Shown: positions 19,227 to 27,558 of the stretch, in pieces | Layout: each line of letters begins with the position of its first letter | Position numbering within the stretch: position 1 is the first letter of the stretch | Virus record (IMG/VR): IMGVR_UViG_3300045988_177924 | Source of the DNA: a virus | DNA length: 64,000 nucleotides | Direction: 5' to 3' (one strand) | Notes under the pieces: generated by a model | What the model saw: the letters and a program-made list of their open reading frames with translations, nothing else | What the model was told of the DNA's origin: nothing | Database searches by the model: none | Position numbers and translations under genes: made by a program

Positions 19227-21584
19227 ATGGACGCAAATTACGCATTGGCCGCATCGTCGGCTTTTGAAGATAAAGTTAGATTAAAAGTACGAGTTGAAAG
19301 GATTATTTATCCCAAAAATGGTCAAACTTCCGGTAGTTGGACCATTGCTGCTTTTCGTATTGAGGAAGTGCTGGAGGGAGAGGTTCCAGAATGCTTTCAG
19401 TGGTCTTTACGTTTTACTGCCAAGGGCTCGATGCCTGCGTTAAATGCACGTGACACTTACACAATGGTTGCTCATCTTGTCGAAGACGCCAAATACGGGT
19501 TGCAATACGAAGTCGATTTGATGTGTCTTGATTACGACTTGACCGATAAAGATGACCAACTTAAATTTTTCTCTTTCTTTTTAACTCCAACACAAACTGC
19601 GGCGTTATATGAGAATTGCGATAATCCACTGGTGCTGTTACAAAACCACGACACGAAAGCCTTAATGAAAATAAAAGGTATTGGCCCGGTGACAGCGCAA
19701 CGTATGATTAACAAGTACGAGGACAGTAAAGACTTAAGTCTCGCATTTGTTCGGTTTTATGATCTAGGGTTAACGAAGGGTGCGATTGAGAAATTGGTGC
19801 ACTTTTATGGTTCTCCTGAGGCGGCGGTCGAAGTTATCGAAAAGAATCCGTATTTGTTAATTATTCAAGTGCCTGGTTACGGATGGGCTAAGGCAGACGC
19901 TATAGCGATGTCACAAGGACTTGCTCACGACTCTGATGAACGTATGGGCGCCTATCTAGTACATTATCTCAGAGAACAAGCAGAGATGAACGGCAACTCT
20001 TGGGTAAGCGTCGAAGACTTGTGCGTGGTTATTGACCAGGTGTGCGACCCACACAACGATGAGCGAATTTATGAACTTATTCGTCGTAATATTAAAAATC
20101 ACGTTTTGTATTATGATAAAGAAACTGAACGTGTTGGGTTAATGGAATACCGTGAACTTGAACAACAAATCGCCAATGAGATACTTCGTATTCAACGCGG
20201 CGCAGCTCATATTGAGATTAACCCAGAACGAGCCGAAACAATAATTCGCAGCGTGGAACTAGAACAAGGCTTCGAATATACTGAGGAACAGCGAACCGCG
20301 ATTTGGAACACTTTGAACAATCAGTTCAGTATTTTGACGGGTGGGGCCGGATGCGGCAAGACTTCGGCCGTAAACGGCATCGCTCACGTCCTCGAAGCCC
20401 ATAATTTCCGCGTTGCTCAAGTGTCCTTATCAGGTCGTGCTGCCTCTAAATTGACAGAAATAACTCATATTGAAGGAAAGACCATTCACCGGTTACTTAA
20501 GTACGATCCAGAGTCAGGTAAATTTTTGCACAATAAAGAGAACCCCTTACCATATGACATCATAATCGGTGACGAAGTATCAATGTGGGGTGGAGAAATT
20601 ACCCTTTCTTTGTTACAAGCAATCCCCACCGGCGCCAAAGTGTTATTTATTGGTGATACCAAACAGCTTGAAGCAATTGGGTTAGCCAGCGTTCTCACCG
20701 ACACAATTAAATCACACACGATGCCAACTGTCCAGTTAACAAAAATACAACGACAACAGGCAGATAGCGGCATTATCACACAATCACTTAAGGTTGCATG
20801 TGGAGAACAAATTGTGGGGCCGAAAACCAGTGGTGTTGAATATCGTGGAGTTCGTAAAGATTTTAAACTCGTTACTTATATTGATAGTGCTTTGACACAA
20901 TCAAAAATTATTGACGAGTTTAAGGAACTTTATATTAACCAACACGTTCCAGCAAATGACATCCAGGTGTTAGTTCCGATGCGTAGTCGAGGCGAGGCCA
21001 GCTGTAGAGCGTTAAACCTAGCCATTCAAGAGATTGTCAACGGTACGCCCAGTGTGGATGAAATAACAGTACCATATACCGACGGGAACTATAAATACAG
21101 TTATACGTACCGTCCTAATGATCGAATCATCATTATGAAAAACAACTACAAGACCATCAATATAGAAGGCAACAAAGAACCTATCTATAATGGGAATGTA
21201 GGTTATATTAAACAAATTGGACCTGATTTTATGATTGTCAATTTGACAGAGCAAGGTGATATTGTTTTGGGAGCAGAGGATTATAACAACCTTTCTTTAG
21301 GATATGCTATCACCGTGCATAAAAAACAGGGCGACTCATCCCCGTATGTAATCGGAGCTATCGACAGCTCGTCATACGCTCTAATGTCCAAAGAATTGCT
21401 GTACACAATGATTACTCGAGCTCGTAAATATTGCGTTTTGATTGGACAGAAGAAAATTTTACAACAAGCAGTCAAAATTAGTCGTGTGAAAACAAAACAA
21501 ACCTGGCTGTGCGAGCTTTTACAAGAAGCGACAAAACCAAAGGAGTATTTAGATGACCAAAAAGTGTCAATTACCCAGCTCTAA
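19227..21584 (+). CDS. recD: RecD/RecD2-like SF1 helicase
   Basis: HhH segment MKIKGIGPVTAQRM, Walker A GGAGCGKTS, Walker B IIGDEVSM, plus FIGDTKQL and ITVHKKQGDS. Confidence 0.85.
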   Translation: MDANYALAASSAFEDKVRLKVRVERIIYPKNGQTSGSWTIAAFRIEEVLEGEVPECFQWSLRFTAKGSMPALNARDTYTMVAHLVEDAKYGLQYEVDLMCLDYDLTDKDDQLKFFSFFLTPTQTAALYENCDNPLVLLQNHDTKALMKIKGIGPVTAQRMINKYEDSKDLSLAFVRFYDLGLTKGAIEKLVHFYGSPEAAVEVIEKNPYLLIIQVPGYGWAKADAIAMSQGLAHDSDERMGAYLVHYLREQAEMNGNSWVSVEDLCVVIDQVCDPHNDERIYELIRRNIKNHVLYYDKETERVGLMEYRELEQQIANEILRIQRGAAHIEINPERAETIIRSVELEQGFEYTEEQRTAIWNTLNNQFSILTGGAGCGKTSAVNGIAHVLEAHNFRVAQVSLSGRAASKLTEITHIEGKTIHRLLKYDPESGKFLHNKENPLPYDIIIGDEVSMWGGEITLSLLQAIPTGAKVLFIGDTKQLEAIGLASVLTDTIKSHTMPTVQLTKIQRQQADSGIITQSLKVACGEQIVGPKTSGVEYRGVRKDFKLVTYIDSALTQSKIIDEFKELYINQHVPANDIQVLVPMRSRGEASCRALNLAIQEIVNGTPSVDEITVPYTDGNYKYSYTYRPNDRIIIMKNNYKTINIEGNKEPIYNGNVGYIKQIGPDFMIVNLTEQGDIVLGAEDYNNLSLGYAITVHKKQGDSSPYVIGAIDSSSYALMSKELLYTMITRARKYCVLIGQKKILQQAVKISRVKTKQTWLCELLQEATKPKEYLDDQKVSITQL

Positions 21585-21589
21585 TAGAG

Positions 21590-21797
21590 CGCGAGTTTAC
21601 TCACTAGTTGATCAGACTAAGCGTTAAGCTACGTTATCAAAGAATATATAGGCACCGTAGGATGTACTCTCCAGTCTTACGCTCTGCGGTATGTGATTAA
21701 ACAGTTCTGATGGGTAGGAACAGTGTTGCATACATTAAACCTTTGAATAACATTGTCGTGGAGTAACCACTCTAACATATAGGAGGCTATAAAAGCA
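21590..21797 (+). ncRNA. candidate omega RNA (HEARO-type) of IscB
   Basis: Established IscB loci encode a ~200-nt omega RNA immediately 5' of, and running into, the iscB start. This ~210-nt interval has no ORF. The call is positional, and I did not verify a fold. Confidence 0.4.
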
Positions 21798-22928
21798 ATG
21801 GTATATGTATTAAACAAACAAGGCAAACCATTAATGCCTTGCAAAGAAGCAAAGGCAAGAAAATTGCTAAAACAACACAAAGCAAGAACAGTAAAATACG
21901 AACCGTTTACAATTCAATTACTATTTGATTGTGAAAATCAGACACAGGACATCGCTCTTGGGGTTGATGCCGGAAGTAAGTACATCGGTGTTTCTGCAAC
22001 AACGGAAAAACAAGTGCTGTATGAAGCTGAAGTTGAGTTAAGAAACGATATCGTAGAGAAATTGTCGTCTCGTCGCGAAGCTCGTAGAACTCGTAGAAGT
22101 AGACTAAGATATCGTCCAGCAAGATTTAACAATCGTGTCCATTCAAAACACAAGGGCTGGCTAGCTCCCAGCATTGAGCAAAAGATAAATGCGCATATTC
22201 AAGTTATAAGACACTTATATGAGATTTTGCCGATAACTAAACTTATTGTCGAAACCGCTCAATTCGATATCCAGAAGATAAACAATCCCGAAATATCGGG
22301 AGAAGAATATCAACAGGGTAATCAATTAGGTTTCTGGAATGTAAGAGAATATGTATTGTTCCGCGATAACCACGAATGTCAATGTTGCCACGGTAAATCA
22401 AAAGATAATGTATTAAATGTACACCATCTTGAAAGTCGCAAAACCGGTGGCAATGCGCCAAATAATTTAATCACTTTATGTGAAACCTGTCATAAAGCTT
22501 ATCATAAAGGCGAAGTTGAATTAAAGCTCAAACGTGGTAAAAATTATCGAGATGCTGCATTTATGGGTATCATGAGGAAAACCTTGTTGCTAAGATTAAA
22601 CCAAACATATCCGAATGTTCATGAAACCTTTGGATATGTTACGAAAAACATAAGAATCGAGAATGGTCTGCCTAAAGAACACCATGTCGATGCGCGGTGT
22701 ATCAGTGGCAATCCTTTGGCGAAACCCTTGGAATATTATCTTTATCAAAAATGTGTCAGAAGGCAAAATCGGCAGATTTATAAAAATAATTTGTGTAAAA
22801 ATGGGCGAAAGATAAGCAATCAACTAATTGGCGACATTTTTGGATTTAAATTATTTGATACTGTGAAATATCAAAATAAACAATATTTTGTTTTTGGTAG
22901 GCGCAAATCGGGATATTTTAAGATCTAA
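21798..22928 (+). CDS. iscB: IscB RNA-guided nuclease (PLMP, split RuvC, bridge helix, HNH)
   Basis: GKPLMPC (PLMP motif); GVDAGSKYIG (RuvC-I); RREARRTRRSRLRYRPARFNNR (bridge helix); WLAPSIEQK..IVETAQFD (RuvC-II); HECQCCHG..NVHHLESRKTGG..NLITLCETCH (HNH); EHHVDARC (RuvC-III); GFKLFDTV..GRRKSGYF (C-terminal domain). Confidence 0.85.
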   Translation: MVYVLNKQGKPLMPCKEAKARKLLKQHKARTVKYEPFTIQLLFDCENQTQDIALGVDAGSKYIGVSATTEKQVLYEAEVELRNDIVEKLSSRREARRTRRSRLRYRPARFNNRVHSKHKGWLAPSIEQKINAHIQVIRHLYEILPITKLIVETAQFDIQKINNPEISGEEYQQGNQLGFWNVREYVLFRDNHECQCCHGKSKDNVLNVHHLESRKTGGNAPNNLITLCETCHKAYHKGEVELKLKRGKNYRDAAFMGIMRKTLLLRLNQTYPNVHETFGYVTKNIRIENGLPKEHHVDARCISGNPLAKPLEYYLYQKCVRRQNRQIYKNNLCKNGRKISNQLIGDIFGFKLFDTVKYQNKQYFVFGRRKSGYFKI

Positions 22929-23028
22929 AATTTTAATGAGACAAGGGTAAACAATGGTTCTATTAGTTGTAAAATATTAACAAAAATTAGGCACAACACA
23001 ACCAAATTAACAGAAAGGAGAATGTATT

Positions 23029-23670
23029 ATGTATAATAAGTGTGAAGATTTTACTAATCTTGAGGACCTTACAGTTGAATTGGGGAAACTTGGGCAAGTT
23101 AGTCCCCTTCCTAGTTTGAATGAATACGAAACCTATCTCGATCTCAACGAACGTATTATTTATATCGATTTCGATATCGACGACACTCTTATTGAGTACT
23201 CTCGTCGAATCATTCGTTGGAATCGCCAAGATAAGGATATACCCGTCGAAGAACGCAAACCCATTAAAGTTTTAGTAAATTCTTATGGTGGGAGTCTGGA
23301 CGCTTGCTTGCACTTCATTGACACTCTGTTGCTGAGTAAGACTCCGGTGTACACTTACAACGTAGGTGTAGCAATGTCGGCTGGGTTCTATATCATGCTC
23401 GCTGGTAGCCAGCGTTTTGCGTATCCTAACGCTCAGTTCTTAATCCATAGCGGTTCTGGCGGTGCTGCGGGAACCTATGAACAAAGCAAAAGCCAAATGG
23501 AACACTATACGCGATGTGTAGAATTACTGAAAAAATATGTCCTCGATAGAACCACTATTCCAGAAAAGATATATAATAAAAAAAGAAGCACAGAGTGGTT
23601 TATTTGGGCAAAAGATGCTATAGAGTTAGGTATCATCCACGGACTGGTTTCGTCGTTGGATGAAATTTAA
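23029..23670 (+). CDS. clpP: ClpP-family (S14) serine protease
   Basis: VNSYGGSLDAC...VGVAMSAGFYIMLAG...FLIHSGSGG...AIELGIIHGLV parallels ClpP (INSPGG, catalytic Ser in xxSxG, IHQP, EA..GLID). Confidence 0.8.
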   Translation: MYNKCEDFTNLEDLTVELGKLGQVSPLPSLNEYETYLDLNERIIYIDFDIDDTLIEYSRRIIRWNRQDKDIPVEERKPIKVLVNSYGGSLDACLHFIDTLLLSKTPVYTYNVGVAMSAGFYIMLAGSQRFAYPNAQFLIHSGSGGAAGTYEQSKSQMEHYTRCVELLKKYVLDRTTIPEKIYNKKRSTEWFIWAKDAIELGIIHGLVSSLDEI

Positions 23671-23679
23671 AAAAGTTTT

Positions 23680-23721
23680 TTGTCATTATGTGTTGACAAT
23701 TTTCCAAAAGTGTGCTAATAT
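23680..23721 (+). promoter_or_regulatory. sigma-A-type promoter with upstream GTCA half-site
   Basis: TTGTCA 23680-23685, N7, TTGACA 23693-23698, N17, TAATAT 23716-23721. Confidence 0.75.
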
Positions 23722-23750
23722 CAGTGTATAAACAACAAGTGAGGTACACT

Positions 23751-24038
23751 ATGGAAAATTGCAACGCAACAAAACACGGATTAGAAAGAGTGATTCAACG
23801 CTCAAATTGTAAAGACGCTGTCGCATATATCGACAGAGCATATCGCAACGGTAAAAAGCCTAACACGTTTACGCATCCCAAATTTCGTAAGTATTTACAA
23901 AAGGTCGCGTCTCGTTCTTGTATAGACGCAGAGCTCAGGGTATTCGGGAATCAAATCTTCGTGTTTAGCCCAACTGCTGAACTAATCACAGTTCTGGACA
24001 TTCCAGATACATATGGGATACACAAGTATCGCAAGTAA
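23751..24038 (+). CDS. hypothetical protein (95 aa)
   Basis: ATG 23751 follows GAGGT. The ORF-track GTG at 23712 lies inside the promoter. Confidence 0.55.
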   Translation: MENCNATKHGLERVIQRSNCKDAVAYIDRAYRNGKKPNTFTHPKFRKYLQKVASRSCIDAELRVFGNQIFVFSPTAELITVLDIPDTYGIHKYRK

Positions 24039-24050
24039 CAGGAGACGATT

Positions 24051-24224
24051 ATGATTGAACTTAGGAAAGCTATGAGACAAGCTGGTTGTTCATCGGCTTT
24101 TATCTCATTTGCGACACGACTTCTTCGTGAACAAGAAATAATTTGGTCGGATACTCAAATTGAGTCGAACTGGATTAGTGTTCGCATTGAAGACGGTTAT
24201 AGAAGAATAGAAATTGACGACTGA
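24051..24224 (+). CDS. hypothetical protein (57 aa, below the ORF-track cutoff)
   Basis: ATG 24051 lies 7 nt after AGGAG. It fills a gap between co-directional genes. Confidence 0.45.
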   Translation: MIELRKAMRQAGCSSAFISFATRLLREQEIIWSDTQIESNWISVRIEDGYRRIEIDD

Positions 24225-24239
24225 AAGGAGAATTTGTAT

Positions 24240-24815
24240 ATGCACGACAATATATATGTCGAAGGACTTGAGGAAGGCCAGGTGTTGGCCGATGAAATAT
24301 GGACAAAGATCGACCAAGAAATCGCTCTTCATTCTGAGGACGAATTGAAAAAAGGATTTATCGTTCGCGGTTTTAGTGATTATTTGTTCCTCGTCATTAA
24401 AAAAATGAATCTCGAATTCGATTTTATCAAATTGGTTCCTGTATTCACGGCTGAGGACGCCGAACAAAAACTTGCCGACCTGAACGTCTTGGATATTGCT
24501 CCCGGTGGTGTTTCGAGAATCACTGGAGAATGCTGCCCAGATAAGGTGTGGTTAATTAATCTCGACGGGTTGATTAAGAATCCTGCCACCAATCATTTGT
24601 GTAAATTTAACAAAGATAAGCTTGGTAAGGTTATTATCGCACATAATGAGGCATTCGGTCCATTCTATGTGGGCGTCCCCAATAGCGACAGCAACGGTGA
24701 CGGTAACTTCAACTGTGTTGGGTTCTTACATATTGATGAAGCCATCGATTTTATCGAAAAGAAAAAATGGCTTGACAAAGATTATATGCAGGGCACCAAC
24801 CAACAGGAGGCATGA
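24240..24815 (+). CDS. hypothetical protein
   Basis: ATG 24240 lies 9 nt after AAAGGAG. Confidence 0.6.
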   Translation: MHDNIYVEGLEEGQVLADEIWTKIDQEIALHSEDELKKGFIVRGFSDYLFLVIKKMNLEFDFIKLVPVFTAEDAEQKLADLNVLDIAPGGVSRITGECCPDKVWLINLDGLIKNPATNHLCKFNKDKLGKVIIAHNEAFGPFYVGVPNSDSNGDGNFNCVGFLHIDEAIDFIEKKKWLDKDYMQGTNQQEA

Positions 24816-25141
24816 TTATGCAAGCGGAAAAGTATTTATGTTTTGAACTCACAGGAGTTTTAGAAGGTGGTCAAGCAAGCAAAGACTTTAACGACTTCAT
24901 TAGAATCCTCTTGGCGCAAGAACAAGATATTAAAATCTGGAGCGATGGAATGTATGTCAGCGTAGAGTACGATTACGCAGACCGCGACTACGGGTGTCCG
25001 TATCTTGTGTGGGTAGATCCGACCAAGGAATACATCAAAGAGTACGCTGCGGATTCCGAAGAGGAACTTGAGGAAAAAGAAGAAGAGGGCGACGACGAAG
25101 AAATTCCTCAGCCCGCCAATGTTGTCTTCCTAGACAAATAA
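24812..25141 (+). CDS. hypothetical acidic protein
   Basis: ATGA overlap with the upstream gene. The C-terminus is an acidic run, EEELEEKEEEGDDEE. Confidence 0.6.
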   Translation: MIMQAEKYLCFELTGVLEGGQASKDFNDFIRILLAQEQDIKIWSDGMYVSVEYDYADRDYGCPYLVWVDPTKEYIKEYAADSEEELEEKEEEGDDEEIPQPANVVFLDK

Positions 25142-25504
25142 CAACTTGCGGTGTAATACCGCACGTGGGACATAGAAAAGTTTCGACCGTACTTAAATCC
25201 GAAGTGAACTGTACGGGACCTGGGGGCAGCACCCAGATGTTCCACCAATATCAGAGAAGGATTTGGCAGACAGCACGAGTGTTGTGACACTAGAATAATC
25301 CGAAGCGTTATCGGACGAATGCACCGAAGGTTGACGAGCAACGGAAAAACTCGAACTCTTTTCTAGGGTTCTCCTGGCGTTGGCGGACAACGTAAAAATC
25401 ACCCCTTTTCTTTTTCGTTTGTGTGAGTCGCCAATCCTTCCTCTGATATTACAAAAAATCCCCAAAAATACGGCAAATAAAACTGTGATTTTATTTGTAC
25501 TTTT
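25142..25504. ncRNA. ORF-free, hairpin-rich segment with higher GC than its flanks; possible structured RNA (strand unknown)
   Basis: No SD-led ORF in ~360 nt of an otherwise tightly packed genome. It is visibly more GC-rich than its flanks and has many 5-6 bp hairpins (e.g. CCGTAC..GTACGG, CTGGG..CCCAG, TCCGA..TCGGA, CGTTG..CAACG). Confidence 0.3.
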
Positions 25505-25546
25505 TTGTCACTAGAAGTTGACAAAATCCATATAAAGCAGTAAAAT
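25505..25546 (+). promoter_or_regulatory. sigma-A-type promoter with upstream GTCA half-site
   Basis: TTGTCA 25505-25510, N7, TTGACA 25518-25523, N17, TAAAAT 25541-25546. Confidence 0.65.
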
Positions 25547-25575
25547 TTTGACATAACACAACTTGGAGCATATTT

Positions 25576-26517
25576 ATGGCTAAACAGAAAAAACTTTTTG
25601 CTCGCCCCTTTGTGAAGTGGGCAGGTGGTAAAACCCAACTCATTCCTCAATTGGATAAACTTCTTCCGGTGTCTAAATCAGGTGAAGACTTCTACACTAG
25701 AGTGAAGTCAGGGGAATACACAACATATGTAGAGCCGCTTGTTGGCAGTGGGGCAATGCTTTTTTATATGATGCAACGTTATCCGTTCCGTCGCGGCGTT
25801 ATTTGCGACCGTAATGCCGAACTGATTAATGTGTACCAGTGCCTTAAGAGAAATCATCAAAGATTAATAGACGAATTACGTACGCTTCAAACGAAGTACG
25901 ACGGACAGGCGACCTTGGATGGTAAGAAAGGGGTTTACCTGTTGACAAGGCAATCGTTCAACACCACCGAGCTCTCTCATACAAATTGTTACCAAAAAGC
26001 GGCTGAGTTTATTTTTCTAAACAAAACCTGTTTTAATGGTTTGTATAGAGTCAACAGTAAGGGCGAGTTCAATGTTCCGTTTGGTCAATATGACACAGCA
26101 ACGATTTGCGATGCTGATAACCTCAAGAGATGCGCGGACATTCTTCAAAAGGTGGATATTTACCGTGGTGATTTCACTGAGGTAGAGTGGGACATCGAGA
26201 AAGGCTCTTTTGTCTACTTCGATCCCCCTTACCGTCCTCTCAAAGGTAAAAACTCTTTTACCGCTTACGATAAAGATGGGTTCGGTGACGAAGAACAAAA
26301 CCGCCTGTGTGAGTTTTTTATCAAAAGTGGTCAAACCGGTGCGGCGACGATGTTGTCGAATTCGGCTGACGAAAATGACACTTCTCTTCGTGATAAATAT
26401 GAAAGCACAGAAGGACTGTATGTTCATGAAGTTTTAGCTCGTCGTAACATCAACAGTAAGGGCGATGCGCGTGGGCAAATCAAAGAGTTGGTTATTGTTA
26501 ATTACGCTTGCGAGTGA
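25576..26517 (+). CDS. dam: DNA adenine methyltransferase (Dam family, N6-A)
   Basis: FVKWAGGK at the N-terminus and a YFDPPY catalytic motif. No adjacent restriction gene (orphan methyltransferase). Confidence 0.9.
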   Translation: MAKQKKLFARPFVKWAGGKTQLIPQLDKLLPVSKSGEDFYTRVKSGEYTTYVEPLVGSGAMLFYMMQRYPFRRGVICDRNAELINVYQCLKRNHQRLIDELRTLQTKYDGQATLDGKKGVYLLTRQSFNTTELSHTNCYQKAAEFIFLNKTCFNGLYRVNSKGEFNVPFGQYDTATICDADNLKRCADILQKVDIYRGDFTEVEWDIEKGSFVYFDPPYRPLKGKNSFTAYDKDGFGDEEQNRLCEFFIKSGQTGAATMLSNSADENDTSLRDKYESTEGLYVHEVLARRNINSKGDARGQIKELVIVNYACE

Positions 26518-26572
26518 AAAATAGGTTGATATGGCTCAATGGCGGTAAAATTTTGACGAATCAGGAGATACA

Positions 26573-27331
26573 ATGTTTGTAACTTATAAAATCACTTGTA
26601 ACATTACAGGGGAATATTATATTGGTTCCCATAAAACTGATAATGTGGATGATAATTACATGGGGTCTGGTAAGCTTATTCGAAAGTCTATCAAGCAATA
26701 TGGTGTTGAAAATCATAAAAAAGAGATTTTAGGTGTTTTTGAGACCCGACAAGATTCGCTGGATTTGGAGCATATTTTAGCGCAGAGGTGTCGCCAAGAG
26801 GATTCAGCGAAGTGTCTCAATCAAACAAACGGCGGCTTCAGCTTTGATTATATAAATGATAATTTAGTTTTCGACCGGGCTTCTTTTGCTATCCTTGCTT
26901 CACACGAGAGTGCTAAACAAGTAAGGCAAGATAATATAAAACGTTATGAACAGAATCCAAAGCGCTGCTTAGTGTGTAATAAAATTCTTGATTACGATCA
27001 TCGTTTGAATACTTTTTGTAGTCACAGTTGTGCAGCTACTTATAACAATACTAAACGAGGCAGTAAGAATGAACCTGCATATTGTAAATTTTGTGGCAAT
27101 CTATTACCAATGAAACATTCTCATAAAAGACAATTTTGTAATAATTCTTGCGCTATGAAATATCGCCAATCAATTACACCAAAACAAATGTCAGATAAAC
27201 GTAAAGTGATTTTAGCAAATTTAGATTTGATTAGAGAACGTCACAAAACCGAGTCATATAGACGGATTGCGTTGGACTATGGCGTAAGCGCACAATTTAT
27301 AAAAGAAGCCTTAAAAGGAAGGTTATCATAA
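26573..27331 (+). CDS. free-standing GIY-YIG homing-type endonuclease
   Basis: YKITCNITGEYYIGS ... YMGSG forms a GIY-YIG core. The C-terminus has repeated Cys motifs (CLVCN..CSHSC; CKFCG..CNNSC). Confidence 0.8.
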   Translation: MFVTYKITCNITGEYYIGSHKTDNVDDNYMGSGKLIRKSIKQYGVENHKKEILGVFETRQDSLDLEHILAQRCRQEDSAKCLNQTNGGFSFDYINDNLVFDRASFAILASHESAKQVRQDNIKRYEQNPKRCLVCNKILDYDHRLNTFCSHSCAATYNNTKRGSKNEPAYCKFCGNLLPMKHSHKRQFCNNSCAMKYRQSITPKQMSDKRKVILANLDLIRERHKTESYRRIALDYGVSAQFIKEALKGRLS

Positions 27332-27377
27332 AAGTCAAAATCAATAAGGTGAGTGGCCTATTCCCTCAAAACTTTTT

Positions 27378-27452
27378 AGGTTCTTAGTTTAATGGTAAAA
27401 TATCGGTCTCCAAAACCGTAAGATCTGAGTTCGAATCTTAGAGGGCCTGCCA
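27378..27452 (+). tRNA. tRNA-Trp (anticodon CCA)
   Basis: Hand-folded cloverleaf. Acceptor AGGTTCT/AGGGCCT (two G-U pairs), anticodon loop CTCCAAA, T-arm CTGAG-TTCGAAT-CTTAG, encoded CCA end. Confidence 0.8.
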
Positions 27453-27473
27453 ATAGAATAATATTTTTGCTAA

Positions 27474-27558
27474 TGCCGAGTGGCGAAATTGGTAGACGCA
27501 CCAGATTTTGATTCTGGCGACGAAAGTCTTGGGGGTTCAAGTCCCTCCTCGGTAGCCA
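27474..27558 (+). tRNA. class II (long variable arm) tRNA with anticodon UUG; isotype ambiguous
   Basis: Acceptor TGCCGAG/CTCGGTA, Leu-like D-arm TGGCGAAATTGGTAGACGC, anticodon stem CCAGA/TCTGG with loop TTTTGAT, 13-nt variable arm (GAC-GAAA-GTC), T-arm GGGGG-TTCAAGT-CCCTC, discriminator G, encoded CCA end. Confidence 0.7.

Larger units (their letters stand above)
21585..23000 (+). mobile_element. IscB-type (IS200/IS605-related, TnpA-less) element; boundaries approximate
   Basis: An iscB ORF plus a 213-nt ORF-free upstream region, wedged between recD and the clpP-like gene. No tnpA is present and I could not define the ends. Confidence 0.5.

Noticed and set aside
21585-21797. Precise omega RNA boundaries, guide and transposon ends for the IscB element
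   Set aside because: I could not identify subterminal hairpins or a TAM/guide from sequence alone. Only the positional argument is retained.
25141-25440. A fourth copy of the leader RNA family (shares CTTGCGGTG and CGGACGAATGCACCG-like strings)
   Set aside because: The order and orientation of the shared strings are inconsistent with elements A-C on either strand, and the similarity is limited to short GC-rich words. I kept it only as a generic candidate structured region.
25141-25575. tmRNA or RNase P RNA
   Set aside because: I could not find the tRNA-like acceptor/T-arm ends with a tag ORF (tmRNA), nor the GAGGAAAGUCC-type conserved core (RNase P).
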